Source: Candidatus Peribacteraceae bacterium (GTDB lineage Bacteria; Patescibacteriota; Gracilibacteria; Peribacterales; Peribacteraceae). Taken from it: a stretch of 64,000 nucleotides of DNA. Position numbers and translations under genes: made by a program. The stretch lies in the NCBI GenBank assembly GCA_028703445.1, contig JAQVMW010000008.1, forward strand, positions 6,223 through 70,222, written 5' to 3'. The notes under the pieces were generated by a model. It ran no database searches and was not told the DNA's origin. It worked only from the letters and a program-made list of their open reading frames with translations. Within the stretch, counting starts at the first letter, position 1; the number at the start of each line of letters is the position of its first letter. Below, one piece after another: positions 9,217 through 17,126 of the stretch.

Positions 9217-9248
9217 TCACCCCCGCCGAAAAACCGGGGGTGATTTTT
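9217..9248 (+). terminator. Rho-independent terminator
   Basis: It has a perfect 9-bp stem tcacccccg/cgggggtga and the loop ccgaaaaac, followed by ttttt. Confidence 0.7.
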
Positions 9249-9269
9249 ATTTCTTTCCCTTCTCCTCCC

Positions 9270-9527
9270 ATGACATCAGCAGATCATCATGAAATCGTGG
9301 AAAAGTTCATTCCCAACGAAGACAGGAAACTCCATTCCGTCACGCCAGCGGTCATTCGTGGAGTGAGCGGCCGGCGTTACCTCGCGCTCGTTCTCGGCGG
9401 TAATCACAGAGAAGTGCAGGAGGGAGAACACTATCACATCAACTCCATCTTGCAGGAACTTCCGCCCGCAAAAACCGCCGTGCCGGATACCGCTCCAGTA
9501 ACTAAGCACGAACCCATTCTCATCTGA
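9270..9527 (+). CDS. Hypothetical protein
   Basis: This is an ATG-started portion of ORF 9240-9527, bracketed by the terminators at 9217-9248 and 9547-9573. Confidence 0.35.
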   Translation: MTSADHHEIVEKFIPNEDRKLHSVTPAVIRGVSGRRYLALVLGGNHREVQEGEHYHINSILQELPPAKTAVPDTAPVTKHEPILI

Positions 9528-9546
9528 ACTGTGCGTCCACGTCGAA

Positions 9547-9573
9547 AAAAGGGGCGGCGTGGCCGCCCCTTTT
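9547..9573. terminator. Bidirectional rho-independent terminator
   Basis: The sequence is aaaaggggcggc gtg gccgcccctttt, with an A-run on one side and a T-run on the other. It lies between convergent genes. Confidence 0.75.
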
Positions 9574-9582
9574 CGCAAAAGT

Positions 9583-12087
9583 CTAGAAAATCACTTTCCC
9601 CTCTTCCCGTACCGTCTGTTCATGAGAACTCACCACGCGGTCCTTCCCGACAGTCACGAGGGAATCCCCGATACGTACGATCCGCTCGATATCCTTGCCG
9701 TAGAGGGAGCTCCCGGACTTCAGGATGTCATCCTCGCCGTAGTGCGTGATCGTGCCTCGGAGCTTGAGGCCGCTCTGCAGATCCACATCATAGACATAGG
9801 CACCCTGGAACGTCGTCTCGCCGTACGCGGGAAAATCCCACGAACCCTGTTCCTTCTGCGCAACAGAGACCTCTGTCACCTGCACCGGGAAGGCGAGCAG
9901 ATTGCGCTCGCGATCGAAGAGCAGCGCTTTGTGGTTCTGGAGGAGCGGGCTATCGGTGCCGCGGTCTCCGATGACCACCTTGCTCATCTCGACGGGATTA
10001 TTGGGGTCCGTGACGTCGAAGAGCGCGACTTTCATGCCCTGATACCAGGCGAAATTCCCCTCTTTGGCATCCTCCGCGTCCTTGCCGAAACCAAGAATAT
10101 GATTCTCGTCGTAGGGATGCAGGTAATCGCTGTAGCCCGGGATCTTGAGCTTTCCGACGATGCGGGGATTGCGGGGGTCACTCGTATCGATGACGAAGAA
10201 AGGATCGATCTTCTTGAAGGTCACCATGTAGGTGCGGTCTCCCACGAAGCGCACGGAGTAGATCTGCTCGCCGGGAGCGATATCTTCGATCGCCCCCACG
10301 CGCTCCATGTCGAGATTCAGGACATACAGGTTATTCGTGGACGGACGAGAGGAATCCCACGACTGACCCTGCGTCGTCGAAACGCGGAAGGACTGTTCGT
10401 GCTCATCCATCGAGAACTGGTTGAGAATATGGCCGGGCACGGTTCCCTTCGCCCTGAACGAAACACCATCATCCGTGAGTGTGAAACGATAGAGGTGCGT
10501 CTGTTCTTCGGAGCTACCGATGCCCCCACGCCAGAAGTACGACCACTCGGTGGCGGCGACGTAGAGATTCTCAGTCGAGACAAACAGGTTCTGCGCGGAA
10601 CCGACGACGACCTCTTTCTTCACCTCTGCCGTTTGGCTCGCAAGCGGCACAACGGCCACGATCAGGTATTCGGGCCGTGGCGTGTGCGGCAGGATGGTCA
10701 CATCGGCGCACTTCGAAACGGGCAAATCGCTCTCGCCCCCTGCGGAATCCGTGTACGTGGGCAGCACGTTCTCCTCGCGGTACAGCGGCATCGGTCCGAC
10801 CCACGTGAATCCCTGGTTCATAACGAGATACATTTTGTCCCCGATTCTCCGGCTCGAGACCAGTGACCCGTCAAACGACAGCTCCCGCCTCAGTTTTGGA
10901 TTGGCGCGATCGGACACATCGTAGATGCGCACCTGCGTGCGCTGCCGGCCGTAGGGATAATAATCCGGTGCGATCTTCTGCATGATGCGGTAGGGTTGCT
11001 CTTTCCACGTGGATCCTGTCACCACCAGACGGTCTCCATCCAGATAGAGTTCGGAGGGCGAGAACGACGAATCATGGAGATCGATCATGCTCACAATCTG
11101 CATTTCGGAAGCAGGCGTGGCCCGGATGATGCGGACGATATCGTCCTGAACGGCATAGATATACGTCCCATCCGTCTTGACGATGTCGGATTCATCAACG
11201 CCCTCGACCTGCACGTTTGTCTGTGAGAAATTGCCTGTTCCGCCTCCTCCGCCCGTCAGCACCGTCTCGGACTTCGCCTGTGGGGCCATAGTCCCCGTCG
11301 GAGCGATCATATCGAACATCTTGCCGCGTTCACCCCACGTTCCCGTCTGCTGCGACTCCTCCGCGAATACGGCCAGATCGGCGCAACTCTTGGCCACCTG
11401 TGGCTGCTCCGAAGAAAGGTTGATCGCAAGGGATGGATATTTCACGTTCAGGAATGCCTGTGTGGGCTGGTCGGTGACCCCTTCCGTGAGGCGCCACATC
11501 ATCTCAGCCATTTCCCCGCGCGTGACGGCGTTCGTCAGCGCCCCCACGGAAGGAGGAATAGCTTTGGAACTCTCGAGTGCCCGCGCGTACCCCGCGTACC
11601 ACTCGCCACTGGACTCAACCTGCTGGTCGTACGCCAGCGAAAGGATTTTGGCCGCTTCCACGAAGTTGATGGTTTGCTCGGGCTTGAACGTGCCGTCGGG
11701 GTACCCGTCGACGATCCCCTCCTCCTTGGCCATACAGACGTACGGCGCGAACCACTCGTCCTCTACGTCGGGGAAACAGTTGCTGCCCTCTGCAGTCTTG
11801 CCGCGACTCTCGAGAATGATCTTCAAAAACTCGGCGCGGTTGACTGTTTGAGACGGCCGGAAAGTGCCGTCGCTGTACCCTTCGATAATTCCATGCGCCT
11901 TGAGAGACTCGATGGCGGCGGCGTAGGGTGTGATCCCCGGCCGCACGTCCTGAAAGACGAGCGCGAGGGAGGTGGACGGCACGCTCACAAGGAACATTGC
12001 ACCGATGAGAGTGGAAGAAAAGACAGTGCGGAGTGCGCGCATAGAAATGATGGAAAGGAATCGCAAGTTTAGCACAAAGTTGCTCAA
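9583..12087 (-). CDS. Secreted SLH-domain protein with a C-terminal beta-propeller domain (COG4880/Beta_propel type)
   Basis: It has an N-terminal signal/TM segment and two SLH-like repeats (FQDVRPG...GYSDGTFRP; FPDVEDEW...GYPDGTFKP). It also carries the hallmark IYSVRFVGDRTYMVTFKKIDPFFVIDTSDPRNPRIVGKLKIPGYSDYLHPYDENHILGFG. Confidence 0.85.
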   Translation of the reverse strand: MSNFVLNLRFLSIISMRALRTVFSSTLIGAMFLVSVPSTSLALVFQDVRPGITPYAAAIESLKAHGIIEGYSDGTFRPSQTVNRAEFLKIILESRGKTAEGSNCFPDVEDEWFAPYVCMAKEEGIVDGYPDGTFKPEQTINFVEAAKILSLAYDQQVESSGEWYAGYARALESSKAIPPSVGALTNAVTRGEMAEMMWRLTEGVTDQPTQAFLNVKYPSLAINLSSEQPQVAKSCADLAVFAEESQQTGTWGERGKMFDMIAPTGTMAPQAKSETVLTGGGGGTGNFSQTNVQVEGVDESDIVKTDGTYIYAVQDDIVRIIRATPASEMQIVSMIDLHDSSFSPSELYLDGDRLVVTGSTWKEQPYRIMQKIAPDYYPYGRQRTQVRIYDVSDRANPKLRRELSFDGSLVSSRRIGDKMYLVMNQGFTWVGPMPLYREENVLPTYTDSAGGESDLPVSKCADVTILPHTPRPEYLIVAVVPLASQTAEVKKEVVVGSAQNLFVSTENLYVAATEWSYFWRGGIGSSEEQTHLYRFTLTDDGVSFRAKGTVPGHILNQFSMDEHEQSFRVSTTQGQSWDSSRPSTNNLYVLNLDMERVGAIEDIAPGEQIYSVRFVGDRTYMVTFKKIDPFFVIDTSDPRNPRIVGKLKIPGYSDYLHPYDENHILGFGKDAEDAKEGNFAWYQGMKVALFDVTDPNNPVEMSKVVIGDRGTDSPLLQNHKALLFDRERNLLAFPVQVTEVSVAQKEQGSWDFPAYGETTFQGAYVYDVDLQSGLKLRGTITHYGEDDILKSGSSLYGKDIERIVRIGDSLVTVGKDRVVSSHEQTVREEGKVIF

Positions 12088-12102
12088 CCTTTATTGAGCG
12101 CC

Positions 12103-14403
12103 TCATTCACACGTAATCCCCAGCCACGTTTTGATGCGCCTGAGGATAATGGCACGACGGGGGGAGGACAGGGGGATCCACTTGTCCACACGGGCACAGA
12201 TGCGCTGGGTGCGTGCTGAAGACAGGGATGAGGATGTCATGCCTCCGGAAGTGACGAGCGTCGAGGGGAGGGAACCCGAACGGAAACGTTGGTGGGAGGA
12301 AGAGGATGAAGCCGAAGATGCGGAGGGACGGAGAGAAGGATTGGTGAGGAGGTGATAGGGATCGAGGGATGAGAAAGAGGAAGCAGAAGAAGCAGAGGAT
12401 GTAGAAGAAGCAGAGGATGTCGAAGATGATGGAGTAGTACCCTCCCACCACTCCACGAAATCTGCGGGGGCGAGGCCGTCTTCGTAGAGGCGGCGCCAGT
12501 AGGTGGCACCGCCACCGGCACCGGGGGTAGCAGAGGCCGTGCTGAGGGTATAGCTGAGCGCCTCGTTGGTGTCTGCATCGTCTGCATTGGTGCCGTCGGT
12601 GCAGGCGATGTATACGGTCTTGGTTCCATCACTTCCGAGGTTGGGGGTTTCGCAGGAGTGGGACTGGGTGCCTCCGCCGGAGCAGAGGGTGTCGTCACTC
12701 ATCTGGGCGTACGTTTCATCACCGTCGAGAGAGAGGCGGCAGGTAGCGTTCTCATCGGTCGTGAAGGTGATGGTCTGGGTGGAATCGGTGATGGTGGAGG
12801 CGGAGGCGGGGGAGAAGCTGGAGGGGACGGGAGGGGTGGTGTCAAACCCCCAATTAACAGTGTTTCCGCCGTCTAAAAGATCAGTATATGTGGGCGTTAA
12901 ACCGCCGGAAGCGTCTGAATCAGTCACCTCTGCATAATCAATGGCAAAAGTGCCATTGGCAGATAAAGACCACTGATTGCCTGGACTGTCAGAAACAAGA
13001 TTTACCCTGTCATCATCATCAATGCCGTTAATAGTAAGCAATCCTGCGACAGTGATAGTGCCGGCATTATCAAAAGTGAATATTGAATCTGCGGAATCAT
13101 TGGCAGCATCAGTAAAACTAAGATTATAGTAATCCATCATAGCCACGGTGATCGCGGTACCAGTGTAACTAACTGTGCCGGATGTAACACTAAACGCTCC
13201 GGTATCAACGCCATCATATTGAGAAACTGTCACTGGCGTGCCAGTAGCGCGAGACAAGGTAAGAGTATAAATTGAAGGATCAAGTGTTGCACTATATGCA
13301 TTCGTTGTCTGGCCTAAAGTTAAGCCATAAGTAACAGTAGTATCACCACCAAGAGTATAAGTGCAATTTGCGGTAGGTGTCGCGAGATAAGCAATTCTAA
13401 GCATATAATAGCTCGTTCCCGCAATCGTTGTTGCGCCATCACCCCTATAGATAACGGTAATGCTTGTTGAGGTGCTAAAAGCGCCCGTAGGATTGCCACC
13501 AAATGAATTAATCACCACAGGCTGGCCGCCTGTGCTGGCATCTGTGCCAGTTAAAGCAATAATTTTATTTGTTCCTGCAAGCGTTACAACAAATGCATTG
13601 GCTGTTTGGCCTAGAGTAAGAACATTGGTAACCGTAACATTGCCTGCAAGGGTATAGACACGGTCAGCAGTTAAGGCAGCGCCAACGCCAATACCAAGAT
13701 TATAATAGGTGGTAGCTTTAACGTTTTGGGTTAAATTCCTTCTAAAGTTTACCGTATTACCGCTCGCTGTTGCAGTCAGCGTGGGCGTTATAGAACTGGC
13801 TAAATAATTAAGTGTGGAATTCGTCCCTTGCGTCCATGCGCCGGTGCTTCCCATATTTGTAACAGTAGCCGTTCCGTTATTGGTAACAGTTTTTCCTGCG
13901 GCAATTGCGAGAGTGCCCGATAAAGCAATACTGGCTGTGCTGTCTATTGTGTGGTCATCGCTGATTGTTATGGGGGCGGAAATCGTGCCCGAGCCGTAAA
14001 TTGTCTTTGACGCACCGGAAAGTACGATGGCGGTTGCTCCGGAAATTGTGCCATCCACCGTGAGGTCGCCGGCCACGGTAATTCCATTCGTGCTCGTTGC
14101 AATTTCAATGTTTGCGGATGAATCATTTAAATCAACCACTGTCACGCTTCCGGTGTTAATTGTTACAGTGCCCGAACCCGAGTTTGAATCAAAATACACG
14201 CTTCCTGTGCCATCGGGCACGCTTGCCCCTCCGCTTCCACCCGTGCTCGTCGACCAATGCGCCGTGTCGGTCCAATCTCCGGTTCCGCCTATCCAGTAGC
14301 GGTCAGGCGACTCCGCAAAGATAAAACTGGCGTTGTTTAAAAACAACGAGCAAACCAAAACAAAAATACTAATCGATTTCACTGATTTAAAAAATAATCC
14401 CAT
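12103..14403 (-). CDS. Large secreted surface protein: beta-helix/adhesin-like Thr/Gly-rich N-terminal region plus a Ser-rich C-terminal region
   Basis: It has a signal peptide (SIFVLVCSLFLNNASFIFA) followed by DRYWIGGTGDWTDTAHWS. Internal repeats include YTLAGNVTVTNVLTLGQTANA and YTLGGDTTVTYGLTLGQTTNA. There is a poly-Ser tail and a strong GC shift inside the ORF. Confidence 0.8.
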   Translation of the reverse strand: MGLFFKSVKSISIFVLVCSLFLNNASFIFAESPDRYWIGGTGDWTDTAHWSTSTGGSGGASVPDGTGSVYFDSNSGSGTVTINTGSVTVVDLNDSSANIEIATSTNGITVAGDLTVDGTISGATAIVLSGASKTIYGSGTISAPITISDDHTIDSTASIALSGTLAIAAGKTVTNNGTATVTNMGSTGAWTQGTNSTLNYLASSITPTLTATASGNTVNFRRNLTQNVKATTYYNLGIGVGAALTADRVYTLAGNVTVTNVLTLGQTANAFVVTLAGTNKIIALTGTDASTGGQPVVINSFGGNPTGAFSTSTSITVIYRGDGATTIAGTSYYMLRIAYLATPTANCTYTLGGDTTVTYGLTLGQTTNAYSATLDPSIYTLTLSRATGTPVTVSQYDGVDTGAFSVTSGTVSYTGTAITVAMMDYYNLSFTDAANDSADSIFTFDNAGTITVAGLLTINGIDDDDRVNLVSDSPGNQWSLSANGTFAIDYAEVTDSDASGGLTPTYTDLLDGGNTVNWGFDTTPPVPSSFSPASASTITDSTQTITFTTDENATCRLSLDGDETYAQMSDDTLCSGGGTQSHSCETPNLGSDGTKTVYIACTDGTNADDADTNEALSYTLSTASATPGAGGGATYWRRLYEDGLAPADFVEWWEGTTPSSSTSSASSTSSASSASSFSSLDPYHLLTNPSLRPSASSASSSSSHQRFRSGSLPSTLVTSGGMTSSSLSSARTQRICARVDKWIPLSSPRRAIILRRIKTWLGITCE

Positions 14404-14541
14404 GCTTTAGTTACAGTATTGTATAAAAGAGAATAGGCATACCCGACGGGAGGAGTTGACTCTCGGCATTGGCGGAAGTGTAAGGAAGAAACCTGCGCGA
14501 AACGATTGACGTTAAACTTGTATGCAGGGCTGGTTTCACTC

Positions 14542-15090
14542 ATGCTGGAGCCGATGCCGAATATCCTCCTCGTCACCGAAGACGGTACTCCGATGGGCAC
14601 GGCGGAGCGGGAAGCTGCGCACGCATCGCCCGGCATGTTGCACCGCGCTTTTTCTGTGTTCGTCTTCCGCGGTGGCCGTCAGGAACTGCTGATTCAGCAA
14701 CGAAGCAAAGAGAAGACTCTCTTCCCTCTTGTATGGGCCAATACCTGCTGCAGTCACTTGCGGGAAGGCGAAGTGCTCCCCGATGCGGCTCAAACAAGGC
14801 TCCACCAGGAACTCGGCTTCACCTGCCCGCTGAAAGAAATAGCTTCCTTCGTCTACCGCGCCGAAGATCCCGCAGGACGGGGCACGGAGTACGAGTACGA
14901 CACGATCCTCATCGGGAACATCCAGGGGAACCCGCCGCTCAAGCCAGACCCACAGGAAGTAGCCGCGACGAAATGGATCGCAACCGAGGAGCTGACAAAG
15001 GACATGCATGTGCACCCTCTGCTCTACGCGCCGTGGTTCCACTTGGCTCTTCCCATGGCAATGCGATGGCCACGAAAACTACACTATTAA
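14542..15090 (+). CDS. idi: Isopentenyl-diphosphate delta-isomerase, type 1 (Nudix fold)
   Basis: It carries LHRAFSVFVF...LLIQQRSKEKTLFPLVWANTCCSH and ...EYEYDTILIG. ATG 14542 is preferred over TTG 14506. Confidence 0.85.
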   Translation: MLEPMPNILLVTEDGTPMGTAEREAAHASPGMLHRAFSVFVFRGGRQELLIQQRSKEKTLFPLVWANTCCSHLREGEVLPDAAQTRLHQELGFTCPLKEIASFVYRAEDPAGRGTEYEYDTILIGNIQGNPPLKPDPQEVAATKWIATEELTKDMHVHPLLYAPWFHLALPMAMRWPRKLHY

Positions 15091-15182
15091 AAAAAACGGA
15101 ACGAAATGATTAAATTGTTAAATGGCTCAATTGATATTGCACCGGCTCCACTCTCGCTTGCGAACAATGTAACCATAGAACA

Positions 15183-15968
15183 ATGTATCAATACTCCTCC
15201 GACGTGATTCCAGCACCATCCTCATCCTCCGGTCTTCACATCGCCATCATCCCCGACGGTAACCGCCGCTGGGCTCGGTCGCGCGCCTGGTATCCCTGGC
15301 AGGGCCACGAAAAGGCGATCAAGAACTTCCGCACGATCACCGACTGGTGCCAGGCCGATCCGCGCATCGCCGTGGTCACGGTCTGGTGCTTCTCGACTGA
15401 GAATTGGAAACGCGACCCGCAGGAAATCACGAAACTCATGAAGCTTCTGGAGAATTACCTTGAGAAAGAGCGACCCACATTCCAGAAGAAAGAGATCCGC
15501 CTGCTCCATTCGGGACGCAAAGACCGCATCCCCGCTTCCCTCTCGTCATTGATTCAGACCATTGAGGAAGAGACGAAACACTTCTCCGATTTCACCCTGC
15601 ACATTGCCCTCGATTACGGCGGCAAAGATGAAATCCTCCGAGCATGCTACCGTTCCCAACAAGCCAACCCTTCGACTTCGCTCAGGGCAGGCAAGCCAAC
15701 AACCGAACAAGCCAACAACCGAACAAGCCAACCAGCACACACGCACGATCAGGATTTCCTTCGTGCCTTCCTCGATCATCCCGAACTTCCGGACATCGAT
15801 CTCATCATCCGCACTTCCGGCGAGCAGCGGACGAGTAATTTCTTCCTCTGGCAGAGTACGTACGCCGAGTGGGTCTTTTTGGATACGTTCTTTCCGGACT
15901 TCACGACGGATGATCTAAAAAATGCCGTGGACGGCTTCGCGAAGCGTTCCCGACGATTCGGAGGATGA
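15183..15968 (+). CDS. uppS: Undecaprenyl/isoprenyl diphosphate synthase (cis-prenyltransferase) with a low-complexity insert
   Basis: It carries HIAIIPDGNRRWAR, DYGGKDEI and DLIIRTSGEQRTSNFFLWQSTYAEW. Residues encoded by 15654-15752 are repeat-derived. Confidence 0.9.
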   Translation: MYQYSSDVIPAPSSSSGLHIAIIPDGNRRWARSRAWYPWQGHEKAIKNFRTITDWCQADPRIAVVTVWCFSTENWKRDPQEITKLMKLLENYLEKERPTFQKKEIRLLHSGRKDRIPASLSSLIQTIEEETKHFSDFTLHIALDYGGKDEILRACYRSQQANPSTSLRAGKPTTEQANNRTSQPAHTHDQDFLRAFLDHPELPDIDLIIRTSGEQRTSNFFLWQSTYAEWVFLDTFFPDFTTDDLKNAVDGFAKRSRRFGG

Positions 15969-15987
15969 AAAATGTTGTCACCACTAT

Positions 15988-16023
15988 GCGTGTCATCCTG
16001 AGCCCTGTCGAAGGACGACACGC
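15988..16023 (+). repeat. Hairpin repeat of the CCTGAGC...GTCGAAGG loop family
   Basis: The stem is gcgtgtcatcc/ggacgacacgc (1 mismatch) and the loop is tgagccctgtcgaa. Confidence 0.6.
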
Positions 16024-16089
16024 ACTGATCCGGTGCCATGGTTCGACAGAGCTCACCATGACACCTCGCATGCAAAACACTCCATTCCC

Positions 16090-16260
16090 ATGAAGCACAC
16101 CGCCGTCGCACACGGCAAAATCATTCTCACCGGCGAATATGCTTTCGTGAAAGGCAAACCTACGGTTTTCCTTCCACGGACCATCCTTTCCCTCTATGGT
16201 ATCGCTCCAGCGCGGGAACCCGCGAGACCCGCGCTTCGCGATGGCTACTTTCATTTATGA
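16090..16260 (+). pseudogene. 57-codon ORF carrying only a mevalonate-kinase/GHMP N-terminal motif, followed by REP-like sequence
   Basis: MKHTAVAHGKIILTGEYAFVKGKP compares with the mvk N-terminus MKYSSVAHGKIILTGEYAVVFGHP. The nucleotides differ at many synonymous sites. A degenerate REP (ccagcgcgggaa...cccgcg) lies at 16207-16240. The stop overlaps the mvk ATG (ATGA). Confidence 0.5.
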
Positions 16261-17126
16261 AATATTCCTCCGTTGCGCATGGGAAGATCATATTGACCGG
16301 AGAGTATGCGGTTGTGTTTGGGCATCCCGGCATCGCCGTTCCCGCTCCCCTCGCCATGCAGGCAACCTTCGAGGAGAACGCTGCAAGTCGTGACCTCACG
16401 CTCAAGTGGCTGGGCATCAGCGGAGGGGAGGCATGGGAGGACTACGCGCGCAAGATCATCCTGCATGTGGAACAGGCAAAGAGCGCTTCCTTCCGCGGGA
16501 CGCTGACGATCCGTAACCAGCTGCCCTTGAAGAAAGGCATGGGTTCCAGTACCGCACTCGTGATCGCACTCACACGCTGTCTGCTCGGACAGGGAAAGCG
16601 TATCGAAGCCCTCGCGATCGAAGATGCGATGAACCCGGGACACAGCGGCATCGACTTCGCCGTGATCTGGGAGGAACGGCCGCTCTACTTTAGAAAAGGG
16701 CAGGAGCCGCAAGTCATCACCCTGTCCCCGCATCTGCTCAGGGGAGCACTTCTGGTGGATACCGGCACGCCCGACCAAACAACACCAGAGCTCGTTTCGT
16801 GGGTGAAGGAGCGGACAGACGATCCTCGTGTGAAACAAGCCCTGATTAACATTGGGAAATGCACGGAGAGGCTCCGGAAGGGCGAAGACATCCGTACGGT
16901 CTTCCGCGATCATCACCGGTCCCAAGTGGCTCTGGGAGTCGTCCCGAAGCCCGTGCAGATTCTCATCAAAGAGATCGAGCGGCTGGGCGGAGCGGCCAAA
17001 GTGCTGGGAGCGGGCGGCAGGACAGGTGGCGGAGGAACGGTGCTCGCGCTCCACAAGAATCCTGATCTCATCCTGCCGGTCATTCGGAAGAATGCGCGTG
17101 GATTTTTGCCGCTATTCCATCTCTAG
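16257..17126 (+). CDS. mvk: Mevalonate kinase (GHMP family)
   Basis: It has the N-terminal motif HGKIILTGEYAVVFGHPGIAVP and the GHMP phosphate-binding motif KGMGSSTA. The 289 aa length fits. Confidence 0.85.
   Translation: MKYSSVAHGKIILTGEYAVVFGHPGIAVPAPLAMQATFEENAASRDLTLKWLGISGGEAWEDYARKIILHVEQAKSASFRGTLTIRNQLPLKKGMGSSTALVIALTRCLLGQGKRIEALAIEDAMNPGHSGIDFAVIWEERPLYFRKGQEPQVITLSPHLLRGALLVDTGTPDQTTPELVSWVKERTDDPRVKQALINIGKCTERLRKGEDIRTVFRDHHRSQVALGVVPKPVQILIKEIERLGGAAKVLGAGGRTGGGGTVLALHKNPDLILPVIRKNARGFLPLFHL

Noticed and set aside
9559-10866. A 435-aa plus-strand ORF overlapping the beta-propeller gene. Similar shadow ORFs occur at 26065-27264, 29503-30675, 29247-30194, 24038-24973, 16251-17054, 4598-5656 and 6349-7254.
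   Set aside because: Each overlaps a gene with strong family motifs on the other strand or frame. Each has an Arg/His/Gly/Asp-rich composition typical of off-frame translation of GC-rich coding DNA.
12237-12698. Alternative-frame ORFs in the Ser-rich 3' part of the surface-protein gene (12107-12451, 12237-12698, 12566-12937).
   Set aside because: They are products of low-complexity, GC-rich DNA (Pro/Ser/Leu runs). The long frame, continuous with the signal peptide, is preferred.
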